DNA of 62,000 nt from Hyalangium minutum (GTDB taxonomy: Bacteria; Myxococcota; Myxococcia; Myxococcales; Myxococcaceae): NCBI RefSeq assembly GCF_000737315.1, contig NZ_JMCB01000008.1, positions 82,001 through 144,000 on the forward strand, given 5' to 3'. The notes beneath the pieces are model-generated. The model searched no databases and was not told where the DNA came from. It saw only the letters and a program-made list of their open reading frames with translations. Within the stretch, counting starts at the first letter, position 1; the number at the start of each line of letters is the position of its first letter. Made by a program: the position numbers and the translations under genes. Shown piece after piece: positions 10,241-19,077 of the stretch.

Positions 10241-11017
10241 ATGACCTTCCAGCCGCCCAGCCCGCGCATCAAGATGGAGGCGCGGGAGCTCACCCTTCGC
10301 TACGGCACCAAGGTGGCCATCAACAAGGTGAGCATCGCCATTCCCGAGCGTCAGGTGACGGCGCTCATCGGCCCCTCCGGGTGCGGGAAGTCCACCTTCC
10401 TGCGCTCGCTCAACCGGATGAACGATCTCATCACCAGTTCGAACCACACCGGCACCATCCTGTTGGACGGCGCGAGCATCCACGACTCCCACATGGACGT
10501 GGTGGATCTGCGGCGCCGCGTGGGCATGGTGTTCCAGAAGTCCAACCCGTTCCCCAAGTCCATCTTCGAGAACGTGGCCTACGGCCTGCGGGTGGGCGGG
10601 ATGAAGGACCGGGCGGAGCTCAGCACGCGCGTGGAGAAGTCCCTGCGCAGTGCGGCGCTCTGGGACGAGGTGAAGGACCGGCTGGACGAGAGTGCCCTGG
10701 GCCTGTCCGGCGGCCAGCAGCAGCGCCTGTGCATCGCCCGCGCCCTGGCGGTGGAGCCCGAGGTGCTGCTCATGGACGAGCCCGCGAGCGCCCTGGACCC
10801 GATCGCCACGGCGAAGATCGAGGAACTCATCCACGAGCTGAAGGCGACCTATACAATCGCGATCGTCACCCACAACATGCAGCAGGCGGCGCGGGTGAGC
10901 GATCGGACGGCTTTCTTCTACATGGGCGAGTTGGTGGAGTGCGGTCCCACGGAGCAGATCTTCACGAACCCCCGTGAGAAGCGCACCGAGGACTACGTCA
11001 CCGGGAAGTTCGGGTAG
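10241..11017 (+). CDS. pstB: Phosphate ABC transporter ATPase
   Basis: [40 protein letters not shown] motifs. Confidence 0.97.
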   Translation: MTFQPPSPRIKMEARELTLRYGTKVAINKVSIAIPERQVTALIGPSGCGKSTFLRSLNRMNDLITSSNHTGTILLDGASIHDSHMDVVDLRRRVGMVFQKSNPFPKSIFENVAYGLRVGGMKDRAELSTRVEKSLRSAALWDEVKDRLDESALGLSGGQQQRLCIARALAVEPEVLLMDEPASALDPIATAKIEELIHELKATYTIAIVTHNMQQAARVSDRTAFFYMGELVECGPTEQIFTNPREKRTEDYVTGKFG

Positions 11018-11030
11018 GAGCGAGGGGCGG

Positions 11031-11720
11031 ATGCCATCGATACATACCGACAAGGCTTTCGAGCAGGACCTGCGCGACCTGCGCGAGCGGCTGCTGGCCA
11101 TGGGCGCCAAGGTGGAGACGCTCATCGCCAACAGCGTGCGCGCGCTCACGGACAGGGACTCGGCACTGGCCGAGAACGTCATCAAGTCCGACAAGGACGT
11201 GAACCGCCTGGAGGTGGAGATTGACGATCTCTGCCGCCGCATCCTGGCGCTGCGGCAGCCCGCCGCGAGCGACCTGCGGCTCATCACCACGGCGCTGAAG
11301 ATCGTCACGGACCTGGAGCGCATTGGAGACCTGGCGGTGAACATCGCCGAGCGCTCCATTGACCTGAGCCAGGTGCCGCCGCTGGCGCCCTACATCGACA
11401 CGCCGCGGCTGGCCGAGCAGGCGCAGCAGCAGGTGAAAAAGGCGCTGGACTCCTTCGTGTCCAATGACGTGGTGAAGGCCGAAGAGGTGCTCAAGGGAGA
11501 CGATCTCCTGGATGCCCTCTTCCTGAAGATCTTCAACGAGCTCCTCGCGTACATGATGGAGGACTCGAAGAACATCCGCCGAGCCACGGCGCTGATGTTC
11601 ATCGCCAAGCACCTGGAGCGCATCGGCGACCACGCGATGAACGTGGCGGAGATGGTCATCTACATGGTGCGCGGCAAGGACATCCGCCACCCGCAGAGCC
11701 GGAACATTCCGCAGGAGTAG
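11031..11720 (+). CDS. phoU: Phosphate signalling/uptake regulator PhoU
   Basis: QPAASDLR, DLERIGDLAVNIA and HLERIGDHAMNVAE repeats. Confidence 0.96.
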   Translation: MPSIHTDKAFEQDLRDLRERLLAMGAKVETLIANSVRALTDRDSALAENVIKSDKDVNRLEVEIDDLCRRILALRQPAASDLRLITTALKIVTDLERIGDLAVNIAERSIDLSQVPPLAPYIDTPRLAEQAQQQVKKALDSFVSNDVVKAEEVLKGDDLLDALFLKIFNELLAYMMEDSKNIRRATALMFIAKHLERIGDHAMNVAEMVIYMVRGKDIRHPQSRNIPQE

Positions 11721-11730
11721 CAAGCAGCCG

Positions 11731-11946
11731 GTGTCCTGGCAGGCGCTGCCGGCGGTGCTCTTCAAGGACGCCCTGCTCTTCATGGCGTGGTGCCATGGTC
11801 TGTTCAGCCGGACGGTGGACTGGCGAGGCACGCGGCTCCGGGTGCTGCCGGGCACGCGTCTGGTCCCGGTTCCCGTGGAGGCGCCAGCCTCGCTGGAGCT
11901 TGTCCCGAGCGAGGCCGAGCCGGCCGAGGAGCTGGTCGCGGGGTAA
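11731..11946 (+). pseudogene. Isolated C-terminal fragment resembling a family-21 (ceramide glucosyltransferase/HpnI-like) glycosyltransferase
   Basis: KDALLFMAW...F.RTVDWRGTRLRV matches the typical C-terminal signature; only about 71 codons remain and no catalytic domain lies between it and phoU. Confidence 0.55.
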
Positions 11947-11951
11947 CCGCG

Positions 11952-11980
11952 TTGTCACACAGGGCTCCCACGGCTTTCAC
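11952..11980 (+). promoter_or_regulatory. Candidate Pho box upstream of the metallophosphoesterase
   Basis: TCAC at 11955, TCCC at 11966 and TCAC at 11977, an 11-nt period. Confidence 0.42.
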
Positions 11981-12024
11981 CTGCGCGCCATGAGGGTGTC
12001 TTCTCGGAGGGCTACTGATGGAGC

Positions 12025-12858
12025 ATGCCCTTTCGGAAGCTGGCGCACCTCTCGGATCTCCACCTGGACCTGAGCCCTGGCAGCGACGCGGCGGCCCGAG
12101 CCCTGGTGGAGAGCCTCCTCGCCGCGCAGGTGGATCATGTGGTGGTGACGGGAGACCTGACGCACCAGGGAGCGAGCGCGGAGTTCCGCCGCTTCCGGGA
12201 GATCTTCGCCCCGCTGCTCGATACGGGGCGGCTCACCTTCATCCCCGGCAACCATGACCGCCCTGGGGACGACGTGGTCGGCCGGTGGATGCAGGGCCGC
12301 AAGGTGTGCACCGTGGAGCGCGAGGGCCTTTACCTCGTGTGCATCGACTCCACCGGGCCACACAACCGCTCCTACTTCGCAAGCCATGGCGCCCTGTCGT
12401 TGGCAGAGTTGGAGGAGGTGGACGCCGCCGTGGCCGCCGCTCCGCGCGAGGCGCTCACGGTTCTCCTGCTGCACCACCACGTGCTGCCTCTGCCCGAGGA
12501 GAGCCTGCCCGAGCGGCTGGCCACTCGGATGGGCTGGCCCTACGCCTCGGAGCTGGTGCTAGGAGCCAAGCTGGTGGCTCGCGTCCGAGGGCGCTGCGAC
12601 CTGATCCTGCATGGGCACCGGCACGTCCCCCGGGAGTTTGATCTGGGGCTGCACCAGGGGAGGGCTCTGCGGGTGTACAACTCGGGCAGCTCCACGGAAC
12701 TGGGACAGTTCCGGATGTTCACGCATGCGGGCGGACGCCTGCTCGCTGCCCCAGCGTGGCAGCAGACGGCGATGGCTCCGGCGCCGAGGACCGCGAGCCA
12801 TAACGTGCTGCCTGCGCTCCAGTACTTGGCGAACCAGCTGAGCACGTCGCTCTTCTGA
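12025..12858 (+). CDS. Metallophosphoesterase (CpdA/Icc-like)
   Basis: SDLHL, TGDLT, PGNHD, LHHH, HGHRH and YNSGS motifs. Confidence 0.86.
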   Translation: MPFRKLAHLSDLHLDLSPGSDAAARALVESLLAAQVDHVVVTGDLTHQGASAEFRRFREIFAPLLDTGRLTFIPGNHDRPGDDVVGRWMQGRKVCTVEREGLYLVCIDSTGPHNRSYFASHGALSLAELEEVDAAVAAAPREALTVLLLHHHVLPLPEESLPERLATRMGWPYASELVLGAKLVARVRGRCDLILHGHRHVPREFDLGLHQGRALRVYNSGSSTELGQFRMFTHAGGRLLAAPAWQQTAMAPAPRTASHNVLPALQYLANQLSTSLF

Positions 12859-12951
12859 GGGCCCCTCCTGGCTCCGGCCCGGTTCGCTCCCCTGCCCTCC
12901 GACCCAGCAGGCCCCAGGCCTTCCGTTGAATGCTGGGGTCACTTCTCGGGG

Positions 12952-13356
12952 TTGTCCTCGTGTCAGGGAGGTTCTTTGGGTCGACCAAGCACCAACGGGA
13001 ATGGGGTACGCAAGGTTCTGGTCGTCGATGACGACGCGGACTGGCGAGAGTTCCTGAGGCTGTGTCTGGAGGAGCTCGGCTACGAGGCCATCGAGGCTGC
13101 GGATGGGCAGGAGGCCTTGGACTCGCTCTCCCGAGAAAAGTACGGCGTCGTGCTGCTCGACCTGAACATGCCAGGGATGAGCGGCTTAGAGGTCGCGGAG
13201 CGGATGCCGCGCAACACGAAGCCGCGCGTCGTCTTCCTCACCTCCGCCGCGGCCTCGGATGTGGGCAGCGCCTTGATGTCGGGCCCCCACTACTACCTGC
13301 CCAAGGGCGCCAGCCGCGACCAGCTGTCGCTCCTCCTACAATCGCTCGAAGCCTGA
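12952..13356 (+). CDS. Single-domain response regulator (start uncertain)
   Basis: VLVVDDD, LLDLNMPGMSG, FLT and PK receiver motifs. Confidence 0.84.
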   Translation: MSSCQGGSLGRPSTNGNGVRKVLVVDDDADWREFLRLCLEELGYEAIEAADGQEALDSLSREKYGVVLLDLNMPGMSGLEVAERMPRNTKPRVVFLTSAAASDVGSALMSGPHYYLPKGASRDQLSLLLQSLEA

Positions 13357-13434
13357 GTTCAGAGTAGCCACCAGGGTGGCTGCTCGCGCTAGAACTTCCA
13401 CAGTGGGCCAGGGTGCTCTTCTGGGGAGGATCTC

Positions 13435-14742
13435 ATCGCGTCGGAACTCGTCATCGTTTTATTGCTGGTGCTGGCGAATGGAGTCTTCGCTGGCGCGGAG
13501 CTCGCGCTGCTCACGCTGCGCAAGACCCGTCTGCGCGAGCTTGTAGATGAAGGGAGCGGCGCGGCCCGGGCCATCACCGCCCTGAGAGACAACCCCGAGC
13601 GTCTGCTCGCCACGGTGCAGATCGGCATCACGGTCGTCGGCTCGACGGCCGCGGCCTTTGGCGGCGCTTCGCTGGCGCACCCGCTCGCGGGGTTATTGGT
13701 CCAGTTGGGGGTGGGCTCGCAGACAGCGGAGAGCCTGGCCTTTGCTGGGGTGGTTGGCTTCATCTCCTACCTGTCGCTGGTGCTGGGTGAGCTGGTTCCC
13801 AAGTCGCTCGCGCTGCGCTACTCCGAGCGGTACGCGCTGTTCATTGGCCGGCCGCTCCATGGGCTGGCGTGGCTGGTCCAGCCGCTGGTGTGGCTGCTGA
13901 CGGCCAGCTCCAACGTGCTGCTGCGCTTCTTCGGGGACAAGACGAACTTCGCCGAGGCGCGGCTGTCTCCCGAGGAGCTACAGCAGCTCGTGGAGGAGGC
14001 GGCGAAGATGGGCTCGCTGGATCCGCGGGCGGGGGAGATTGCCTCGCGGGCCTTTGATCTGACGGACCTGACGTTGTCGGCAGTGATGGTGCCTCGGCAC
14101 CGCATCGTGGCCCTGCGCCGGCACGCGAGCGCGGAGGAGATCCGGCAGGTGCTGCTGGAGCACGGGCACTCGCGGATGCCGGTCTACGAGGGGTCGCTGG
14201 ACAACGTCGTGGGCTACGTCATCGCGAAGGATCTGCTGGGGGTGGCGTGGGAGGGAACGCTCATTGTCCTGGAGGACGTGCTGCGCCCGGCCTACTTCGT
14301 CTTCGAGACGATGCGGGCGCTGGACGCGCTGAAGGAGCTGCAGAAGCGCCGCATGCAGCTGGCCATCGTGGTGGATGAGCGTGGTGGGGTGCAGGGTTTG
14401 GTGACGACGGAGGATCTGGTCGAGGAGCTGGTGGGGGACATCCTCAGCGAGACGGAGACGCCAGAGGAGCTGATCAAGCGCGAGAGCCCAACCACGGCGG
14501 TGGTGCAGGGCACGGCGAGCTTGAGGGAGATCAACCGGGAGCTGGGCCTCGAGTTGGAGGAGGGCCATGGGTACTCGACCATCGGAGGCCTGTGCTCCGC
14601 CAAGACAGGGGCCATCCCGGAGAGAGGGACGCGGCTGACGCTGGATGACGGCACGGTGCTCGAGGTGCTGGACGCCACGCCACGCCGGGTGCGCACGGTG
14701 CGCATCCACCTGCCGCCTCCGCCGTCCCCGACGGAGTCCTGA
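13435..14742 (+). CDS. Hemolysin/CNNM (DUF21-CBS-CorC) family transporter
   Basis: NGVFAGAELAL, TVQIGIT, GELVPKSLA, HSRMPVY, VVDERGG, EDLVEELVG motifs. Start placed at ATC after a GGGGAGGA RBS; first canonical start is TTG 13462. Confidence 0.9.
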   Translation: MASELVIVLLLVLANGVFAGAELALLTLRKTRLRELVDEGSGAARAITALRDNPERLLATVQIGITVVGSTAAAFGGASLAHPLAGLLVQLGVGSQTAESLAFAGVVGFISYLSLVLGELVPKSLALRYSERYALFIGRPLHGLAWLVQPLVWLLTASSNVLLRFFGDKTNFAEARLSPEELQQLVEEAAKMGSLDPRAGEIASRAFDLTDLTLSAVMVPRHRIVALRRHASAEEIRQVLLEHGHSRMPVYEGSLDNVVGYVIAKDLLGVAWEGTLIVLEDVLRPAYFVFETMRALDALKELQKRRMQLAIVVDERGGVQGLVTTEDLVEELVGDILSETETPEELIKRESPTTAVVQGTASLREINRELGLELEEGHGYSTIGGLCSAKTGAIPERGTRLTLDDGTVLEVLDATPRRVRTVRIHLPPPPSPTES

Positions 14743-14782
14743 GCCAAGATGAATGAGGGGCAGCATTGAGTCCGAAACGCTG

Positions 14783-14966
14783 GAGAGTGTCTCCTGAGGT
14801 GGCTGGGGAGTTGGGCAAAAACACTCTCATGGATTCGTCGGTTCATCCGCCGCGTGTGTCACACCTTCACTGTCGCTTTGAGGGATGGCTCGGTGATGAT
14901 CTACTCCAAACGTTCCCGTGTTTTCTGGCCTCCGCCTTCCTTGCGGAGGAGCTAAAAAAACACGGG
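14783..14966. other. Structured intergenic region with two long imperfect hairpins
   Basis: GAGAGTGT(14783)/ACACTCTC(14821); CCCGTGTTTT(14915)/AAAACACGGG(14957) enclosing CCTCCGC/GCGGAGG. Confidence 0.45.
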
Positions 14967-15010
14967 GCTTGTAGGGATTAAGGAGGCCCTCTTCAGGAAC
15001 GGATGTGGCC

Positions 15011-15661
15011 ATGAGTTCCCGCACTTGCAGCGTTCTGCTGCTACTGCTCTCCGCCTGCGCTACGACAGAGCCTCAGCAGCGCAAGCCGAAGCAGCACAGA
15101 CAGGTGGCCATTCCCTGGGCTCCCCTCGTCGCACCGAAGCCCGTTGCACCCGTTCTTCCGTCGCCCGGCTTGGCTCCGCCCATGACCGTCATGGTGGACC
15201 CTGGTGCACAGATGCAACAAGAACCGGATGCGAACCCGGCGCCGGAGAGGTCCAGATCGAACAGGGATCCGCCCGCCCCGGTGGCTCCGGAACCCCGTCC
15301 TGAGTGCATCCCCCACATCAAGCCGCACCTTGGCGGAGATCCCCTGCACAATCAGTGCGCCGACAACGTTCCGCAGAACGGTGTTCCCGGCTTTGATGCG
15401 CTCGTCAATGGTAAGCATTTCGACGCACTGCAAATCCGCGCGGGCGTTCTGTGGGAGGTCAAGACCGATAACTTCGACACGTACGCGGTCGCCCTTCAGG
15501 AGATTGTGATCGAGAAACAGGTGCTGGAATTGCAGCGCGAGCGCGATCTCGCACGCGCTTGTGGGTATGCCTTCGTAGTAGGCGTTCGTAGCGACGCGCA
15601 CCGGAAAGCTCTGCGCGACGCAGACCCCTCCCTCAACATCGTCGTCATGGACTGGTGCTGA
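15011..15661 (+). CDS. Lipoprotein with Pro-rich linker and PD-(D/E)xK-like C-terminal domain (DUF6310-like, candidate toxin)
   Basis: Lipobox LSAC; PHLGGD.LHN.CAD, GKHFDAL, LWEVKTDNF and ELQRER.LARACGY motifs recalled from a multi-copy myxobacterial family; lower GC than flanks. Confidence 0.75.
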   Translation: MSSRTCSVLLLLLSACATTEPQQRKPKQHRQVAIPWAPLVAPKPVAPVLPSPGLAPPMTVMVDPGAQMQQEPDANPAPERSRSNRDPPAPVAPEPRPECIPHIKPHLGGDPLHNQCADNVPQNGVPGFDALVNGKHFDALQIRAGVLWEVKTDNFDTYAVALQEIVIEKQVLELQRERDLARACGYAFVVGVRSDAHRKALRDADPSLNIVVMDWC

Positions 15662-15662
15662 A

Positions 15663-16421
15663 ATGGCCGCCTCGCCAGACTCCTTCCTTCTTGTCGTCTA
15701 TGCGCCTGCGCTCAGCAGCGATGGCAGCCGCACCTTGGCCGTTATTCGTGGAATGGAACGCGCGCTTCCCGGCTTGCACCTGTCGTGGACGATTTCTGAC
15801 GAGGGTCGGTTCATCCCAGCACCGCAGCGCGATGCGTGGGGCACGGCCAAGACGACCGATGGAAGATTTCCGCTGCTCTGCAATGGCGATGAGGGTCACT
15901 TCGTGACGATCTCTCGCAGGGAAACACCGGCGAGCCAGAATCCTGGTGGGCAGCCACAGTTTGAAGTTCATGCGAAGTGGCCCCTGGACGCTGCGGGTAT
16001 CGCGGCAGCGGGGAAGGTGCTCGAAGAGGTAGCGGAGGGTGCACGCGCGCTGTGGGGGCATGCCACGCCGAAGCGCGCGGCGGGGGACATCGCGGAGCAG
16101 ACGAGCCCCACGCTGGCGGGCTCGCCAAGGCCACCCCGGGGCCTGCCAGCGCTCAAGCTCCCAGAGAAAATCCGCTCGCCTGAGATTCCGCATCGCCTCG
16201 GGTGGCTCAACTACTGGTCAGCCGCCACTGCACAAGCCATCGCGTTCCCGGACCCTGCTCGCGACGCCGAGTTGCTCTCTAGGGCGCAGAGCACGGCGAC
16301 AGGCGGGTGGGTTGTGAAGCTCACGGATGCGCCGCTCGATCTCGATAACCCCGCCCATCTGGACGCGCTGAAGCGGGCCTACGAGCGCTTCCCGGAGATC
16401 GGTGGACGTTCAACGCCCTGA
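15663..16421 (+). CDS. DUF5953-like protein (candidate cognate immunity protein, Imm52-like)
   Basis: Starts 1 nt after the upstream stop; YAPAL..DG.RTLAV..GMERALPGL, RLGWLNYWS and TDAPLDLDNPAHL.AL.RAYERFP motifs. Confidence 0.72.
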   Translation: MAASPDSFLLVVYAPALSSDGSRTLAVIRGMERALPGLHLSWTISDEGRFIPAPQRDAWGTAKTTDGRFPLLCNGDEGHFVTISRRETPASQNPGGQPQFEVHAKWPLDAAGIAAAGKVLEEVAEGARALWGHATPKRAAGDIAEQTSPTLAGSPRPPRGLPALKLPEKIRSPEIPHRLGWLNYWSAATAQAIAFPDPARDAELLSRAQSTATGGWVVKLTDAPLDLDNPAHLDALKRAYERFPEIGGRSTP

Positions 16422-16432
16422 ACTGGACCGGG

Positions 16433-16480
16433 GCTTTTCGACGGGGGCCGCGAGCTACTCATCTGCGGCCCCGGAAAAGC
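16433..16480. terminator. Hairpin, likely bidirectional terminator
   Basis: GCTTTTC/GAAAAGC outer and GGGGCCGC/GCGGCCCC inner stems, just downstream of the DUF5953-like gene. Confidence 0.55.
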
Positions 16481-16529
16481 GAAGGGGCTGGAACCTCCGA
16501 GGGATTTCCTCAGGGATTCCAGCCCCTTC
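16481..16529 (-). terminator. Intrinsic terminator of tRNA-Arg
   Basis: 13-bp perfect stem GAAGGGGCTGGAA/TTCCAGCCCCTTC just past the tRNA 3' end, followed by CTTTT on the minus strand. Confidence 0.65.
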
Positions 16530-16535
16530 CACCAG

Positions 16536-16609
<74 letters not shown>

Positions 16610-16631
16610 AGGAGGCCTGCAACCGAGGGGA

Positions 16632-16660
16632 CAACTAGCCGACTTCCCCCGCTGACGCAA
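16632..16660 (-). promoter_or_regulatory. Sigma70-like promoter for tRNA-Arg
   Basis: Minus strand TTGCGT-N17-TAGTTG about 22 nt upstream of the tRNA 5' end. Confidence 0.5.
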
Positions 16661-16874
16661 GCACGCAATCCCACAACCCACGACCCGGAAACGCCCTTTC
16701 CACTTTCCAGCACTCGGCGCCCCCTCCAGTCCCCAGGGCCCTGTCCGCCATAGGGCCGGGCTGCCGGCCGAGGGCCTCGGGGAGCGGCCAAGTCATGCTC
16801 CCTCAGGAAGGCACACCGCTGGCGACGTCACCCTCCTGACGGCGCTGGGCTTCCCGGCCCTTCATCCCTTGCCA

Positions 16875-17231
16875 TTAGGGCGAGGGATGAGTCTCCGCCG
16901 GCGGGCTCGAGGGAGCGAACCTCGGCTCCGGCGCCTGCGGAGCGCGCCCTCCCCCGCCGCCCGAGGGAAGCTGGGGCAACGGCCACCCCTCGAAGAGAGG
17001 CCAGCCTCGGTAGTAATCCGCTGCACCGGACGAGGCCTCACCTGGAGCCTGTGGAGCGGGCTGTACCTCTGCCCCTGGGACGCTCTGCCGGGGGGCCTCT
17101 CGAGTCCCCTGCGCCCCCGGTGGCCGCGTCCTGAGCAGCACCACGACCAAGACCGCGCTCAAGAGGAACATGAGCACGATGCCCGCCACGCGGGCACGGT
17201 CCTCCTCCATCCCTGTGTCCACAGTGTCCAT
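16875..17231 (-). CDS. Hypothetical membrane-anchored Pro/Gly-rich protein
   Basis: Starts 1 nt after the ClC stop; one hydrophobic helix; low-complexity tail. Confidence 0.45.
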   Translation of the reverse strand: MDTVDTGMEEDRARVAGIVLMFLLSAVLVVVLLRTRPPGAQGTREAPRQSVPGAEVQPAPQAPGEASSGAADYYRGWPLFEGWPLPQLPSGGGGGRAPQAPEPRFAPSSPPAETHPSP

Positions 17232-17232
17232 G

Positions 17233-18975
17233 TCAGAAGCGCCCTTGCTTCAACACATCGCTCTTGGAAATCGTGCCGAGCAACCTCCGCTCGGTGTCGA
17301 CGACAGGCAGGCGCTCGAGCGGTGTCGTGGCAAAGCGCGCCGCCACCTCGGACAGGGAGAGGTCCGGCGTCACGGGCCGGAGGTGCCGATCCATCACGTC
17401 CGCCGCGATGGTCGCTCCCAACAGCGAGTAGTCCGGCAGGTGGCCCTTGAGCTCGTCCAGCGTGATTGTCCCCAGGTACCGGCCCTCCTCGTCCGTGACG
17501 TAGAGGTCCGCCCCCGAGGGTTGCTCCAGCAGCAACACGACGATCTCCTGGAACGAAGCCGACGGCGGGACGCGGTCCCGCACCGGCATCAACATGGCCC
17601 GGGTCCCCTCCTCGCGCAGCCAGTGTGGAACGCTCTCGGGGATGCGCACGTTGCGGCGGCTGAGCACGGACGTATAGAGCGACTCGGGCTCCAGCCGTCG
17701 GCTGATCATCGTCGCCAGGAAGGCCCCCAGCATCAGCGGAAGGATGAGCCCGTAGTCCCCCGTCAGCTCGAAGATGATGAGGACCGCCGACACGGGCGCA
17801 TGCGTGGTCCCCGCGAGCACCGCCCCCATCCCAAGCAAGGCATAGGCCCCACTCGGGGCTCCTCCGGGCCACACGTACTGCATGACCTGGCCAAAGGCGC
17901 CGCCCAGCAGTGCTCCATAGAAGAGCGAGGGTGTGAAGAGCCCGCCCGGAACCCCCGCCCCCGCGCAGAGCGACGTCGCCAGCAGCTTCGCCAGGGGCAG
18001 CACCACCAGCAGCACCAGCGACAGCTTCCCCAGCAGTGCCGCGTTCACCGCGTCATAGCCATTTCCCAGCAGGTGCGGCAGCCACACGGCCGCCAGCCCC
18101 ACCAGTGTCATCGCTCCCAGTGGCAGGAAGGGTGTGAGCTTCCGAGGGACCCGATCGAGCAGGTCCGACAGCACGTTGATGCCGCGCACATAAAGCGCGG
18201 AGGCGCCCCCCAGGAGCACGCCCAGGAGCACGGCCAGCAGCAGCTCGCGCGGGTGCATCACATAGTGAGGGATGACGTAGCTGGGGTGATCCGCGATGAG
18301 GATCCGCGACACGAGGGTGGCCACCACGCACGCCAGGACGATGGGACCGAACAGCTCCAGCGCGAACGAGCCCAGCAGCACCTCCAGGCCAAAGAGGGCC
18401 GCGCCGATGGGCACGTTGTAGGCCGAGGCCACCCCCGCCGCCGCGCCACACGCCACCAGCAACCGGGCCTGCCCCGGCCCCAGCCTCAGCCAGTGCCCCA
18501 GGAAGGAGCCACTCGCCGCACCCGTCTGCAGCAGCGCGCCCTCGCGGCCCAGAGGCGCCCCGAGCGCTACCGCGACGATAGAGACCAGGCCCCTCAGCAG
18601 CGCCCGAGGCAGGGACAGCCGGCCCGACTTGACCCAGATGGACTCGATGATGCCGGCGGTTCCGTGCCCTCGCAGCGGCTGGCCGATGAGGAGCGTCACC
18701 AGCGAGACCAGGGCGCCGCCCAGCACCGGGACGAGGAAGCGCCTCCAGGACGGCGAGGCGATGACGCCCGAGAGGAACCCCTCCGCCTCGCTCCCCCAGA
18801 AGAGGTGCTGGGTGAAGCGCAGCACCTTGAGCAGCACCACTGCCCCCATCCCCGAGATGAGCCCCACGAGGGCGACGAGCAGCCAGAACCGGCGCTCGGC
18901 CCGGACCAGGCCACGCAAGGTGTTACGGAGTCGTGAGCGGAAGCCGCGGAACGGTTCCAGCCTGGGAGTGGGCAT
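17233..18975 (-). CDS. ClC chloride channel/antiporter with C-terminal CBS pair
   Basis: GAPLGREGALLQ, GVASAYNVPIG, GGLFTPSLFYG, ELTGDY motifs; CBS tail (LPVVD..RRLLGTISKSD). Confidence 0.92.
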   Translation of the reverse strand: MPTPRLEPFRGFRSRLRNTLRGLVRAERRFWLLVALVGLISGMGAVVLLKVLRFTQHLFWGSEAEGFLSGVIASPSWRRFLVPVLGGALVSLVTLLIGQPLRGHGTAGIIESIWVKSGRLSLPRALLRGLVSIVAVALGAPLGREGALLQTGAASGSFLGHWLRLGPGQARLLVACGAAAGVASAYNVPIGAALFGLEVLLGSFALELFGPIVLACVVATLVSRILIADHPSYVIPHYVMHPRELLLAVLLGVLLGGASALYVRGINVLSDLLDRVPRKLTPFLPLGAMTLVGLAAVWLPHLLGNGYDAVNAALLGKLSLVLLVVLPLAKLLATSLCAGAGVPGGLFTPSLFYGALLGGAFGQVMQYVWPGGAPSGAYALLGMGAVLAGTTHAPVSAVLIIFELTGDYGLILPLMLGAFLATMISRRLEPESLYTSVLSRRNVRIPESVPHWLREEGTRAMLMPVRDRVPPSASFQEIVVLLLEQPSGADLYVTDEEGRYLGTITLDELKGHLPDYSLLGATIAADVMDRHLRPVTPDLSLSEVAARFATTPLERLPVVDTERRLLGTISKSDVLKQGRF

Positions 18976-19077
18976 CGAGAGTGTCGCCACGTCCCTCAAT
19001 CTAGGGAGGGCCGACAGCCCATGCGGGACGGCCGCCCGTCTGCTTACAGTGTCACCCGGCGAGACGCCGAGCCCCCC

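Noticed and set aside
14857-14876. TGTCAC...TGTCGC resembling a Pho box
   Set aside because: Spacing is 14 nt, not 11.
41-14965. AAAAAACACGG occurs near position 41 and near 14955
   Set aside because: Only two occurrences in unrelated contexts; the second is explained by a hairpin arm.
16610-17230. Search for an attL copy of the tRNA-Leu or tRNA-Arg 3' end
   Set aside because: No matching direct repeat found by eye here or at 14742-15010, so island boundaries stay approximate; a computed repeat search is needed.
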